Source of the DNA: Pseudorhodoplanes sp.
Lineage (GTDB): Bacteria; Pseudomonadota; Alphaproteobacteria; Rhizobiales; Xanthobacteraceae
Direction: 5' to 3'
Length of the DNA stretch: 64,000 nucleotides
Assembly: GCF_035565795.1 (NCBI RefSeq)
Contig: NZ_DATMRV010000200.1
Coordinates: 496-64,495 of the forward strand
The position numbers and the translations under genes were made by a program. Position 1 is the stretch's first letter, and each line of letters begins with the position of its first letter. The notes below the pieces were generated by a model, which was given only the letters and a program-made list of their open reading frames with translations, made no database searches and was not told the origin of the DNA. Shown one piece after another: positions 1 to 8,090 of the stretch.

Positions 1-129
1 GGCGAATCGGCGGCAAAAACCGACGGCAATCTTCCCGGACAAACCAACGCGCTAGACACGGGGCGCAATGGTGCGGCCCGGAGCAGCGAGGCTCAGTCCT
101 TGCCGGAGATCAGGCCAATGGTTCTGAGT

Positions 130-256
130 TGTCCGATCCACATGCCCGTTTCGGTCAGCGCCTACCAGCGCTTCCGTTTCGGAAAGTGGGAAGACGTAAG
201 GGCGCATTGTCGGGGGCTGCCAAACCGTTACACGGTTCAGCAGCTTCCCCTTTTCC
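130..256 (+). ncRNA. Candidate small structured RNA ending in an intrinsic terminator
   Basis: Two CCGTTTCGG mini-hairpins (146-154, 174-182); helix GCGCCTAC(158-165)/GTAAGGGCGC(196-205); terminal hairpin GGGGGCTGC-AACCG[TTACA]CGGTT-GCAGCTTCC (212-249) followed by CTTTTCC. No credible ORF. Boundaries approximate. Confidence 0.4.
212..256 (+). terminator. Rho-independent terminator-like hairpin
   Basis: GC-rich stem 212-249 with G-U pairs on the plus strand, followed by a short T tract (CTTTTCC). Confidence 0.5.
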
Positions 257-420
257 AAGTGCTCTAGCGCGAACGGAGACGGCGGCGGCAACCGCCGTCT
301 CCACTCTTCCTAAGCCTCGCGGCCCGGAACTGGTTGCAACTTTGGTTGCGAATTTCGTTGGTAAATCACCGCGTCGTCACCCCCATGATTCGCGGTAGCA
401 AAACAGTAGGCGCAGGACTC

Positions 421-564
421 CTAGTTCTCAAGCTTTCTTACGTTTTTTGATTTCTTCGGCGCAGCCTTGCGTTTAGCGCCCGCTATCCGCGCCCCTCGCA
501 GCGCCGCCTCAAAACGCTTCTGCGCTTCTTCGAGACTGAAATGTTCGTCTGATTTCATATTCAT
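421..564 (-). CDS. Small basic hypothetical protein, 47 aa (not in ORF track)
   Basis: Hand translation MNMKSDEHFSLEEAQKRFEAALRGARIAGAKRKAAPKKSKNVRKLEN*; amphipathic helix plus Lys-rich tail; divergent from the DUF3800 gene with a 12-bp gap. Confidence 0.55.
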   Translation of the reverse strand: MNMKSDEHFSLEEAQKRFEAALRGARIAGAKRKAAPKKSKNVRKLEN

Positions 565-576
565 CGCGGCCCGCCA

Positions 577-1437
577 ATGTCTAAAGAATATATCATCTAT
601 TGCGATGAGTCAGAAGATAAGGGCACCCACTTTTCCAATTTCTATGGTGGAGCACTCGTCACGTCCGATCATATCATGACGGTGACGGCATCCTTGCGCG
701 CCTGCAAAGCAGAGCAGAACTTGCACAAGGAAACCAAGTGGACACGGATCACAGCGAATTACGAAAGCAAATATATTGCGTTGATTGATTGTTTTTTTGA
801 TCACGTCAAAGCCGATCGCGTCAAAATACGCATCATGTTCACTCAGAATACAGTTGTTGCTCGCGGGCTAACGCGGAAGCATGTCGATGAAAAATATTTC
901 ATCCTCTATTACATGTTCATAAAACACGCGTTTGGACTTCACTGTTCCCCCGTCATTCCGGGCGGGGTGCGACTGCGCGTTTATCCAGATCAAATCCCCG
1001 ACACCCGCGAACGTGTTGAACAGTTTCGTGGTTTCATCGCGGGCCTTGCTCGTTCGCCCGCATTCCGCCACCGAAGGATTGCAATCGCGCGTGACGACAT
1101 CGCGGATGTCGACTCCAAAGAACACGAGATTCTGCAGTGCCTGGATATAGTTCTTGGCGCGATGCATTTCAGGCTGAATGACAAGCATCTTGAAAAGACT
1201 GCCCGCAATGGGACGCGCCGCGGAAGCCGCACAAAGGCAAAGGAGCGCGTCTATCGCCATATCCTCACGCGCATTCAGGACATCTATCCGAATTTCAATA
1301 TCGGGCGCTCAACCGGACAGCCGGACGATGATTGCCGCTGGACTCATCCGTACCGACATTGGCTCTTTACGCCCGCACGGCGCGTCGTGATCCCCGGTAG
1401 CAAGAGAGCGAAACGGCGAAGCCGGGAGGCCCCGTAG
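577..1437 (+). CDS. DUF3800 domain protein (RNase H-like fold)
   Basis: N-terminal YIIYCDES motif, internal HKETKW and C-terminal DSKEHEILQCLDIVLG (DS...LQxxD), typical of DUF3800; more AT-rich than the neighbouring genes. Confidence 0.85.
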   Translation: MSKEYIIYCDESEDKGTHFSNFYGGALVTSDHIMTVTASLRACKAEQNLHKETKWTRITANYESKYIALIDCFFDHVKADRVKIRIMFTQNTVVARGLTRKHVDEKYFILYYMFIKHAFGLHCSPVIPGGVRLRVYPDQIPDTRERVEQFRGFIAGLARSPAFRHRRIAIARDDIADVDSKEHEILQCLDIVLGAMHFRLNDKHLEKTARNGTRRGSRTKAKERVYRHILTRIQDIYPNFNIGRSTGQPDDDCRWTHPYRHWLFTPARRVVIPGSKRAKRRSREAP

Positions 1438-1562
1438 CCACTACCTTAGCCTCCCTATCGGGAGGAATATCCCGCGTGGAACGCAGGACTTCGCGGCGTA
1501 CAGGGCCCCCACCTTGCCTCGCGGCCGGTGTAACCCGACCGCGAATTCCCATCGCCTTACCC
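1424..1562 (-). ncRNA. DUF3800-associated structured RNA, antisense/convergent to the gene 3' end
   Basis: Helices 1425-1436/1499-1510, 1437-1441/1493-1497, 1450-1465 (GAUA loop), 1470-1488 and 1519-1544. All five mismatches are C-A on the plus strand, i.e. G-U pairs on the minus strand. DUF3800 RNA motifs are an established class near these genes. Confidence 0.75.
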
Positions 1563-1563
1563 C

Positions 1564-1596
1564 AATATATAGCGCTTGGTCGGGATTCGTTCCACT
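1564..1596 (-). promoter_or_regulatory. Putative promoter of the antisense RNA
   Basis: CTATAT(ATT) -10 element (1572-1564, minus strand) matching the rhizobial sigma70 -10 consensus, just upstream of the structured region; the -35 (GTGGAA) is weak. Confidence 0.45.
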
Positions 1597-1756
1597 AGCC
1601 AAATGGTCTCATCCCGGCATTTTGAACGAGATTGCAGAGACGCGCTCCAGCGCCGAAACTGCAAACCGCGCCACAAATAAAGCATTTCGGGCTTGTGGTC
1701 TCACCCGGATAATTGGGACTAAATTCCTTATTTCCGCCACCTTCCCCTGCTCTACT

Positions 1757-2146
1757 CCGTCCTGTCCCGTCCCTGCTGCAAGGGGCGTTTCATGAGCGTC
1801 GCGAGACGCGGGGCGGGATGCGGTGGCCGTGTTGCGCGAAGGACGTATCGCGCGGCGCGGAGGCCCAAGCTGCGGATGACCCGGCTGCCATGGCAGGCAG
1901 TCACTGGGCGAGGCGCACGCGTCGGCAAGGGTTCGTCCCTCCTGATGCCTGCAAGGCGTCCGAGTGGTGGCTAAAAATGTCACGCCACCAGGGGATTCGC
2001 GGAGCAAGCCTCAAACACCGCGCGCGGAACGCCGACGCAATCGGCGGTCCGTGGTGACTGCAATCTCGTGTGCTTTCACACTTGCACACGAGGCCATGGG
2101 CTGGCTGAAAGCCCGGCGTTCCGCGCGCCCTTGCGATTTGCAGGGC
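1757..2146 (+). ncRNA. Large structured non-coding RNA or structured repeat element (may extend to ~2280)
   Basis: Nested helices 1760-1770/1808-1818, 1820-1825/2016-2021, 1827-1839/1848-1860, 1860-1864/2008-2012, 1871-1876/1996-2001, 1965-1971/1984-1990, a perfect 15-bp 2020-2034/2114-2128 and a perfect 9-bp 2065-2073/2084-2092. Wobbles are G-U on the plus strand; no credible ORF. Confidence 0.65.
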
Positions 2147-2363
2147 AAGGAATGCGAGAGGGACTATGGGCGCGCCCGCGCCGTCACAACAACAGGGCCG
2201 GCGGAGCTTTGCCTTCCGACGTTTGCCCTTCCAGCGTCCGGTGTCCCTTGCCCCTCCCCGCCCGGCAACGCATAGTCCGCGCCATTCACGCGGGGCCAGA
2301 CATAGCTGGCAGCCGGATTTGCGTCCGGCCCCGTACATTCAGACGACATTCCCAGGGGGAGAC

Positions 2364-3215
2364 ATGAAGCTCGTGCGTTATGGCCCGGCGGGCCGCGAGA
2401 AGCCCGGTATCATCGACAAGGACGGCAAGATCCGCGATCTGTCGCGCGTCGTCACCGACATCGATGGCGCGATGCTGGCGTCGGGCGGTCTCGCCAAGAT
2501 CAAGGCCGCCAATCTGAACCGCCTGAAGGTCGTGCCCGGCAAGCCCCGGCTCGGCGCCTGCATCGGCAATGTGCGCAACTTCATCGCCATCGGCCTGAAC
2601 TATTCGGACCACGCCGCGGAAGCCGGCATGCCGATCCCCAAGGAGCCGATTATCTTCAACAAGGCGCCGACCTCGATCTGCGGGCCGAACGACAACACCA
2701 TCATCCCGAAGGACTCCGAGAAGCTCGATTACGAGGTCGAGCTTGGCATCGTGATCGGCAAGCGCGCGCGCTATCTCGACCGGAGCAAGGCGATGAGCGC
2801 GGTCGCCGGCTATTTCACCGCGAACGATGTGTCGGAGCGCGCCTTCCAGATCGACCGCTCGGGCGGCCAGTGGAACAAGGGCAAGGGCTGCGAGACATTC
2901 GGTCCGATCGGGCCGTGGTTCGTCACCAAGGACGAGATAAAGGATCCGCAAAATCTCGACATGTGGCTCGACGTGAACGGCGAGAAGCGCCAGCGTGGCA
3001 ACACGCGCACCATGATCTTCGGTGTCGAACACCTCGTCTGGTATTGCTCGCAGTTCTTCGTGATGGAGCCCGGCGACATCATCGTCACCGGCACGCCTCC
3101 CGGCGTGGGCCTCGGCATGAAGCCGCCGAAATTCCTGAAGGCGGGCGATGTCGTGACCCTCGGTATCCAGGGACTGGGCGAACAGACCCAGAAGATCGTC
3201 GCACTGAAGAAGTAG
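2364..3215 (+). CDS. Fumarylacetoacetate hydrolase family protein
   Basis: MKLVRYG start after GGGGGAG RBS; IGLNYSDHAAE, DYEVEL, NDVSER, KGCETFGPIGP and GDIIVTGTPPGVG motifs. Confidence 0.95.
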   Translation: MKLVRYGPAGREKPGIIDKDGKIRDLSRVVTDIDGAMLASGGLAKIKAANLNRLKVVPGKPRLGACIGNVRNFIAIGLNYSDHAAEAGMPIPKEPIIFNKAPTSICGPNDNTIIPKDSEKLDYEVELGIVIGKRARYLDRSKAMSAVAGYFTANDVSERAFQIDRSGGQWNKGKGCETFGPIGPWFVTKDEIKDPQNLDMWLDVNGEKRQRGNTRTMIFGVEHLVWYCSQFFVMEPGDIIVTGTPPGVGLGMKPPKFLKAGDVVTLGIQGLGEQTQKIVALKK

Positions 3216-3248
3216 GCCGTTTTCACGGCCGTTCTGCGGACGCAGACA

Positions 3249-3281
3249 GCCGGTCGCCTGTCGGCATGACGGGCGATCGGC
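3249..3281 (+). terminator. Stable hairpin after the FAH gene (terminator or mRNA stabiliser)
   Basis: 14-bp stem GCCGGTCGCCTGTC/GACGGGCGATCGGC; no U tract. Confidence 0.4.
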
Positions 3282-3354
3282 GCCTCCGAAAGATAATGGA
3301 ACTTCGGGGCGGCAGCGGGCTTGTCGCGGGGACGGGGCACCCCGGGAACCATGC

Positions 3355-4665
3355 ATGCCCGATTTGAAGATAATTCAACGCACCGATACAGCCCGCGCGA
3401 CCAAAGGCGGCCGCGTCGATGTCGTAACAGGCGCCGAACTTGCCCGTGTGAAGCACTGGCGCCGCGCCTTTTCCCGCCAGCGCAAGGATCACCGTTATTA
3501 CGAGCTGATCGAGCGGACGCTCTGCCCGGATTTCACATACCGATACTTCATCATCAGGGACGACCGGGACAACGTACGCGCGATCCAGCCCTTCTTTCTG
3601 CTCGACCAGGATCTGCTTGCGGGGGTGCCCGCCCTGTCACGCGCGGCAGAGCGCTTCGTGCGCGGCTGGTGGCCACGCTTCCTGCGGATGCGCACGCTGA
3701 TGGTCGGATGCTCCGCCGGCGAAGGCCATCTCGATTTTGCACAGGATGGATCGGATCAACATCATATCGACCGGTTTGCACGCGCGCTTCGCGAATGCGC
3801 GTTCGAAGCCGGCGCACAGCTGATCGTGATGAAAGAGTTTCCGGCGGAATATCGGGCGCCGCTGAACTGCTTCCTCGATCACGGCTTCGCCCGGATGCCG
3901 AGCTTCCCGATGGCGAGCCTCGATCTGCCGTATTGCGATTTCGAGAATTATCTGCAACGCGGCGTGAGCGCGAAATTGCGTTCGGAGTTGCGCCGGAAGT
4001 TTCGTGCGGCGGATCGATCGGCGCCCGTCGAGATGAGCGTTACGCGCGATATCACGCCGGTCATCGACGAAGTTTATCCGCTCTATCTGCAGGTCTTCGA
4101 ACGCTCGTCGCTGCATTTCGAGAAACTGACGAAGGACTATCTCTGCGAACTCGGGCGCGCGATGCCGGACAAGGTTCGGTTCTTCGTCTGGCGCCAGTCG
4201 GGAAAGGCCGTCGCGTTCAGCGTGTCGATGATCCATGGCGACACGCTCTATAACGAATATCTCGGCCTCGACTATTCGGTGGCTCTCAAGCAGCACCTTT
4301 ACTATTGCGCCTTCCGCGACACCACATCATGGGCCATCGCAAACGGCTACAAGCGTTCGGTCAGCACCGGCTTGAGCTATGAGCCGAAACTGCAACTGCG
4401 TTTCCGGCTCATGCCTCTCGATCTTTACATCCGCCACACGTCGCCGGTGTTCAACCGCGTGCTGCGCTGGCTCCTGCCATTGATCGAGCCGACGCGCCAC
4501 GACAAGACGCTGCGCAAATTTCCGAACTACGCGGAGATGTGGCCGTCCCGCACGCCTGCGAAAGCGGAAACCTCAGGCGGCAGGCCGGACTATCCCCTCG
4601 CCTCCAGCACGGCGCGCAGCGAAATCCTGGACCATGCCGACGCCCGCTCGCGGAAGGCGAGATAG
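3355..4665 (+). CDS. GNAT/FemAB-like (DUF482-type) acyltransferase
   Basis: FemAB-like pattern: FENYLQ...RSELRRK, VYPLYLQVFE, EYLGLDYS, LYY..F...WAIANG, YEPKLQL. 3' end overlaps the convergent TRAP gene by 76 bp. Confidence 0.75.
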   Translation: MPDLKIIQRTDTARATKGGRVDVVTGAELARVKHWRRAFSRQRKDHRYYELIERTLCPDFTYRYFIIRDDRDNVRAIQPFFLLDQDLLAGVPALSRAAERFVRGWWPRFLRMRTLMVGCSAGEGHLDFAQDGSDQHHIDRFARALRECAFEAGAQLIVMKEFPAEYRAPLNCFLDHGFARMPSFPMASLDLPYCDFENYLQRGVSAKLRSELRRKFRAADRSAPVEMSVTRDITPVIDEVYPLYLQVFERSSLHFEKLTKDYLCELGRAMPDKVRFFVWRQSGKAVAFSVSMIHGDTLYNEYLGLDYSVALKQHLYYCAFRDTTSWAIANGYKRSVSTGLSYEPKLQLRFRLMPLDLYIRHTSPVFNRVLRWLLPLIEPTRHDKTLRKFPNYAEMWPSRTPAKAETSGGRPDYPLASSTARSEILDHADARSRKAR

Positions 4666-5657
4666 GAATCGTGTATCTTGCGCGCCGTTGCGCCACGGCT
4701 CGCGAGATCGGCCAGCACCCCGACCGATTCCTTGGAGGCTGCCGCGACAAGGTCGGACGGGAAACTCATCAGTTTGACGTTGTGCTGGGTCACCAGCGCA
4801 TTCAGCGCCTCGATGTTGAGCCGCTCCATTTCGGAAAGCGCGAATGCAGCTTCCGCGGCGCATGCATGCGAGATGATCGCCTTCATCTCGGCATCGAGCG
4901 AGTTCCAGGCCTTGAGCGACACAATGCACTCGCCGGTCCCGTTCGGCTTGTTGAAGCCCGGCGCGTAATACATCGGCGCCACGCGATAGAGGCCGAGCGC
5001 AATATCCGACCCCGGGCCGGTGAACTCCGCAGCATCGAGAACGCCGGATTGCAGGCTGGTCAGGATTTCCGCGGGCGGCGTGGTCTGCGGCGTCGCACCG
5101 AGCCGGCGATAGACTTCCCCGCCGAGACCAAGCGAGCGGATCTTCACGCCCCGCATGTCCTCACGGCTCCTGATCTCGCGGCGGAACCAGCCGCCCATAC
5201 AGACGCCGGTATTGCCGCCCATGAACGGCTTCACCCCGAACGGCGCATAAAGCTCGTCCCACAGCGCCTGACCGCCGCCTGCATCCACCCAGGCTACATG
5301 CTCGTTCGGCGTCAGTCCGAAAGGCACGGTGGTGAAGAAGACGGAGGCCGGCTCCTTGCCCTGCCAGAAGAACGACGCCGTGTGCCCCATTTCGGCGACA
5401 CCGCCGCCGACGGCATCCAGCACCTCGAAGGCCGGCACGACTTCGCCTGCGGCCGAAACCGTGATCTCGAAGCGGCCGCCGGACAGCGCCTTGATGCGCT
5501 CGGCGACGCGCTCGGCCGACATCCCCGGTCCCGGCAAGCGCTTTGGCCAGGACGTGATCATGCGCCAGCGTTTGGTCTGCGCGCGCGCTACATTCGGCGC
5601 GGCGACAACGCCTGCGACGGCAGCGCCAGCGACAAGATTACGACGTGAAATGCTCAT
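4590..5657 (-). CDS. TRAP transporter substrate-binding protein (DctP/TakP-like), Tat-exported
   Basis: SRRNLV twin-arginine signal, WRMITSWPK, AGEVVPAFEVLDAV, GGWFRREI, LQSGVLDAAEF; ATGA overlap with thiD. Confidence 0.92.
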   Translation of the reverse strand: MSISRRNLVAGAAVAGVVAAPNVARAQTKRWRMITSWPKRLPGPGMSAERVAERIKALSGGRFEITVSAAGEVVPAFEVLDAVGGGVAEMGHTASFFWQGKEPASVFFTTVPFGLTPNEHVAWVDAGGGQALWDELYAPFGVKPFMGGNTGVCMGGWFRREIRSREDMRGVKIRSLGLGGEVYRRLGATPQTTPPAEILTSLQSGVLDAAEFTGPGSDIALGLYRVAPMYYAPGFNKPNGTGECIVSLKAWNSLDAEMKAIISHACAAEAAFALSEMERLNIEALNALVTQHNVKLMSFPSDLVAAASKESVGVLADLASRGATARKIHDSYLAFRERASAWSRISLRAVLEARG

Positions 5658-6463
5658 GTATTCTGGCCCCACAAGTTATGGAAGTGATGCACCGGGCCAT
5701 GGCCGTGGCCGATGCTGAGTTGATCCGACGCCCTGATCGCGGCGGTGACGTAAGCTTTGCCCTCGCGCACGGCTTCGGCGAGCGGCATGCCTTTCGCGAG
5801 ACCGGCGGCAATCGCCGACGACAGCGTGCAGCCGGTGCCGTGTGTGTTCTGCGTGTCGATGCGTTCGGCGGCGAGCCTCGCGACGGCATTCGGCTCGATC
5901 AGAAGGTCCACGCTTTCGGCGCCCGAGCCGTGTCCGCCTTTCATCAGGACGGCCTTCGCGCCGAGCGCGAGCAGCTTCTCGCCCTGCTCCCGCATCTCGC
6001 GTTCGGTCTGCGCCATCGCGGTTTCAAGGAGAGCCGCAGCCTCCGGAAGGTTCGGCGTGATCAGCATGGCCTTCGGGATCAGCACGCTGCGCAACACCTC
6101 GATCGCTTCCGGCACGAGGAGCCGGTCGCCGGATGCGGCAACCATGACCGGATCGAGCACGACCTTTTTCTGCTTGAACCGGTCGAGACCGTCGGCAACT
6201 GCGGCAATCACGTCCGGGTGCGAGAGCATGCCGATTTTCACCGCGTTGACGGCAAGATCGGAGAACACGGCGTCGATCTGGGCTGTGACGAATGACGGCG
6301 GCACATCGTGGATGCCGGTGACGCCCCTGGTGTTCTGCGCGGTCAGCGCAGCGATTACCGAGGCTCCATAGACGCCCAGCGCGGAGAACGTCTTCAGGTC
6401 GGCCTGGATGCCGGCACCGCCGCCGGAATCGGAGCCCGCGATGGTAACGGCAATCGCAGTCAT
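5654..6463 (-). CDS. thiD: Hydroxymethylpyrimidine/phosphomethylpyrimidine kinase
   Basis: [49 protein letters not shown]. Confidence 0.97.
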   Translation of the reverse strand: MTAIAVTIAGSDSGGGAGIQADLKTFSALGVYGASVIAALTAQNTRGVTGIHDVPPSFVTAQIDAVFSDLAVNAVKIGMLSHPDVIAAVADGLDRFKQKKVVLDPVMVAASGDRLLVPEAIEVLRSVLIPKAMLITPNLPEAAALLETAMAQTEREMREQGEKLLALGAKAVLMKGGHGSGAESVDLLIEPNAVARLAAERIDTQNTHGTGCTLSSAIAAGLAKGMPLAEAVREGKAYVTAAIRASDQLSIGHGHGPVHHFHNLWGQNT

Positions 6464-7122
6464 GCCGCACCCCGCATCGCGAGACCGCGATCCACAATGG
6501 CACGCAGCCGCGATGCAGCCTGCGCCGGATCGGATGCGAGCGACAACGCAGAGATGACGGCGATGCCATCGGCACCGGCCGCGACCACATCCGCGGCGTT
6601 GCTTTCGTCGATGCCGGCAATCGCGCCGACCGGCATGTTCGGCGCTTTCGAGCGCGCATAGGCCGCCAATGCTGCGAAGCCCTCCGGCCGCACCGGCGGC
6701 TCCTTGTTGTCCTTCGACGAGGTTTCGAACACGCCGCCGATACAGACATAATCGAGGAGATCGAACGGCGCGGCGTCGATCTGCGCACGGGTCTTGATCG
6801 ACAGACCGATGATGGCCTCTCGCCCGAGCAGGCGCCGCGCATCGGCAACCGGCATGTCGTCCCAGCCGATATGGACGCCATCGGCGCCGGCGGCGAGCGC
6901 AACATCGACACGATCGTTGATCAGCAGCGGCACGAAGCTGCCTGCAAGGGCGGCCTTGATCGCGCGGGCCTCCTCGATCATGCGCCTTGTGGAACCGGTC
7001 TTGTCGCGCAATTGCACGAGCGTGGCTCCGCCCTGCACGAGCATTCCCGAAAGCACACCGAGATCATGCCCGCCATTCCGGTCCGGATCGACAAGCGCAT
7101 AGAGACGTAGATCGACACTCAT
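6460..7122 (-). CDS. thiE: Thiamine-phosphate synthase
   Basis: [40 protein letters not shown]. Confidence 0.96.
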   Translation of the reverse strand: MSVDLRLYALVDPDRNGGHDLGVLSGMLVQGGATLVQLRDKTGSTRRMIEEARAIKAALAGSFVPLLINDRVDVALAAGADGVHIGWDDMPVADARRLLGREAIIGLSIKTRAQIDAAPFDLLDYVCIGGVFETSSKDNKEPPVRPEGFAALAAYARSKAPNMPVGAIAGIDESNAADVVAAGADGIAVISALSLASDPAQAASRLRAIVDRGLAMRGAA

Positions 7123-7880
7123 GATGAAACCCTTGCGCGTGCCCTCAGCGCCGCGCGATCGAGATTGAACAACGCATCGAGAATGTGAACGCCGAAAGAC
7201 CCGGGTCCGTTCGCGGCTTCACCGGCGATATTGCCCGCGACTCCGACAATCAGGACAGCGGCTGCGACCGCCTTCAGCGGATCGGGCTCGAGCGCGAGCG
7301 CAGCGGCAACAAGTGCCGATTCCGAGCAACCCATTGCAGTCACGCGGCCCATCAACGGATGGCCATTGGCAATGCTGAAGGTCCGCGAGCCGTCGCTGAC
7401 AATGTCGGTTTCACCGGTGATCGCAACGATGGTCCCCCAGGATGCCGCGAAATCCTGCGGCAACCCGCCGCCTGACAGCGTTGCGAACTCCTCCGCATTC
7501 ATCCGGATCGCGGCCGGCCGGTGTGCAAGCAGCGAACGCGCGTAATCGGCCCGCGGCGGGGACCGGTCGATCAGCACGGGATCAAGTACCCACGGTTTGC
7601 CGTCCTTCGTGACCTGCGCGAGCGCCATCTCGGTCGCCGCGCGCCGCCCCGCGTCGAAGGTACCGAGATTGACCAGGAGCGCATCGGCGCGCGCGGAAAA
7701 CGCTGCAACCTCGTCGGGCGAAACCGTCATCGACGGTATCGCGCCGGCGGCGAGCAGGACGTTGGGCGTGAAGGTCTGAGCGACGGCGTTGGTGATGCAA
7801 TGGACACGCGGCTGGCGCGCGCGCAGGCGCTCCAGCAAATCGGCAGCGTGTTCGGCAAGATCGCCCTCTGGCGCGCGCAT
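7119..7880 (-). CDS. thiM: Hydroxyethylthiazole kinase
   Basis: VHCITNAV, LLVNLGT, WVLDPV, GHPLMGRVTAMGC, GPGSF; first gene after the TPP riboswitch. Confidence 0.95.
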   Translation of the reverse strand: MRAPEGDLAEHAADLLERLRARQPRVHCITNAVAQTFTPNVLLAAGAIPSMTVSPDEVAAFSARADALLVNLGTFDAGRRAATEMALAQVTKDGKPWVLDPVLIDRSPPRADYARSLLAHRPAAIRMNAEEFATLSGGGLPQDFAASWGTIVAITGETDIVSDGSRTFSIANGHPLMGRVTAMGCSESALVAAALALEPDPLKAVAAAVLIVGVAGNIAGEAANGPGSFGVHILDALFNLDRAALRARARVSS

Positions 7881-7881
7881 C

Positions 7882-7978
7882 TCTCACTCCCTCCGCCGGC
7901 ATGACCCGGATCAGGTTCGATGGGTTGGCGACAGGCGCCTCTCAGCACGACGGCCGATCCGCCGCGCACCCCATGAGA
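7882..7978 (-). ncRNA. TPP riboswitch (THI element)
   Basis: Minus strand GGGGTGC...GCTGAGAG...AACCCATCGAACCTGATCCGGGTCATGCCGGCGGAGGGA. P1 (TCTCAT/GTGAGA) includes the thiM RBS region, implying translational control. Confidence 0.96.
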
Positions 7979-8090
7979 TTGCTCGCTATCTAGGACGGCT
8001 TTGCGGGCGATGCAAGCGAACCGACCGGGTCCGCAGCGCGTGTGAAAAACGCGGACCCGGAACAGTCGATGCACGCCCTGGTTTCAGGTC

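Noticed and set aside
213-219. GGGGCTG resembling an IS1016/IS1595-type terminal repeat
   Set aside because: No partner repeat or transposase seen; it is part of a terminator-like stem.
1720-1740. AAATTCCTTATTTCCGCCA resembling a tRNA-Ser 3' end / att site
   Set aside because: Only TCCGCCA matches well; there is no T-loop or cloverleaf and no integrase in the window.
1609-2367. Several 60-145 aa ORFs on both strands, and the N-terminal extension of the FAH ORF from 2166
   Set aside because: Arg/Pro/Ala-rich with no motifs; the region is better explained by RNA structure, and the FAH start with RBS is at 2364.
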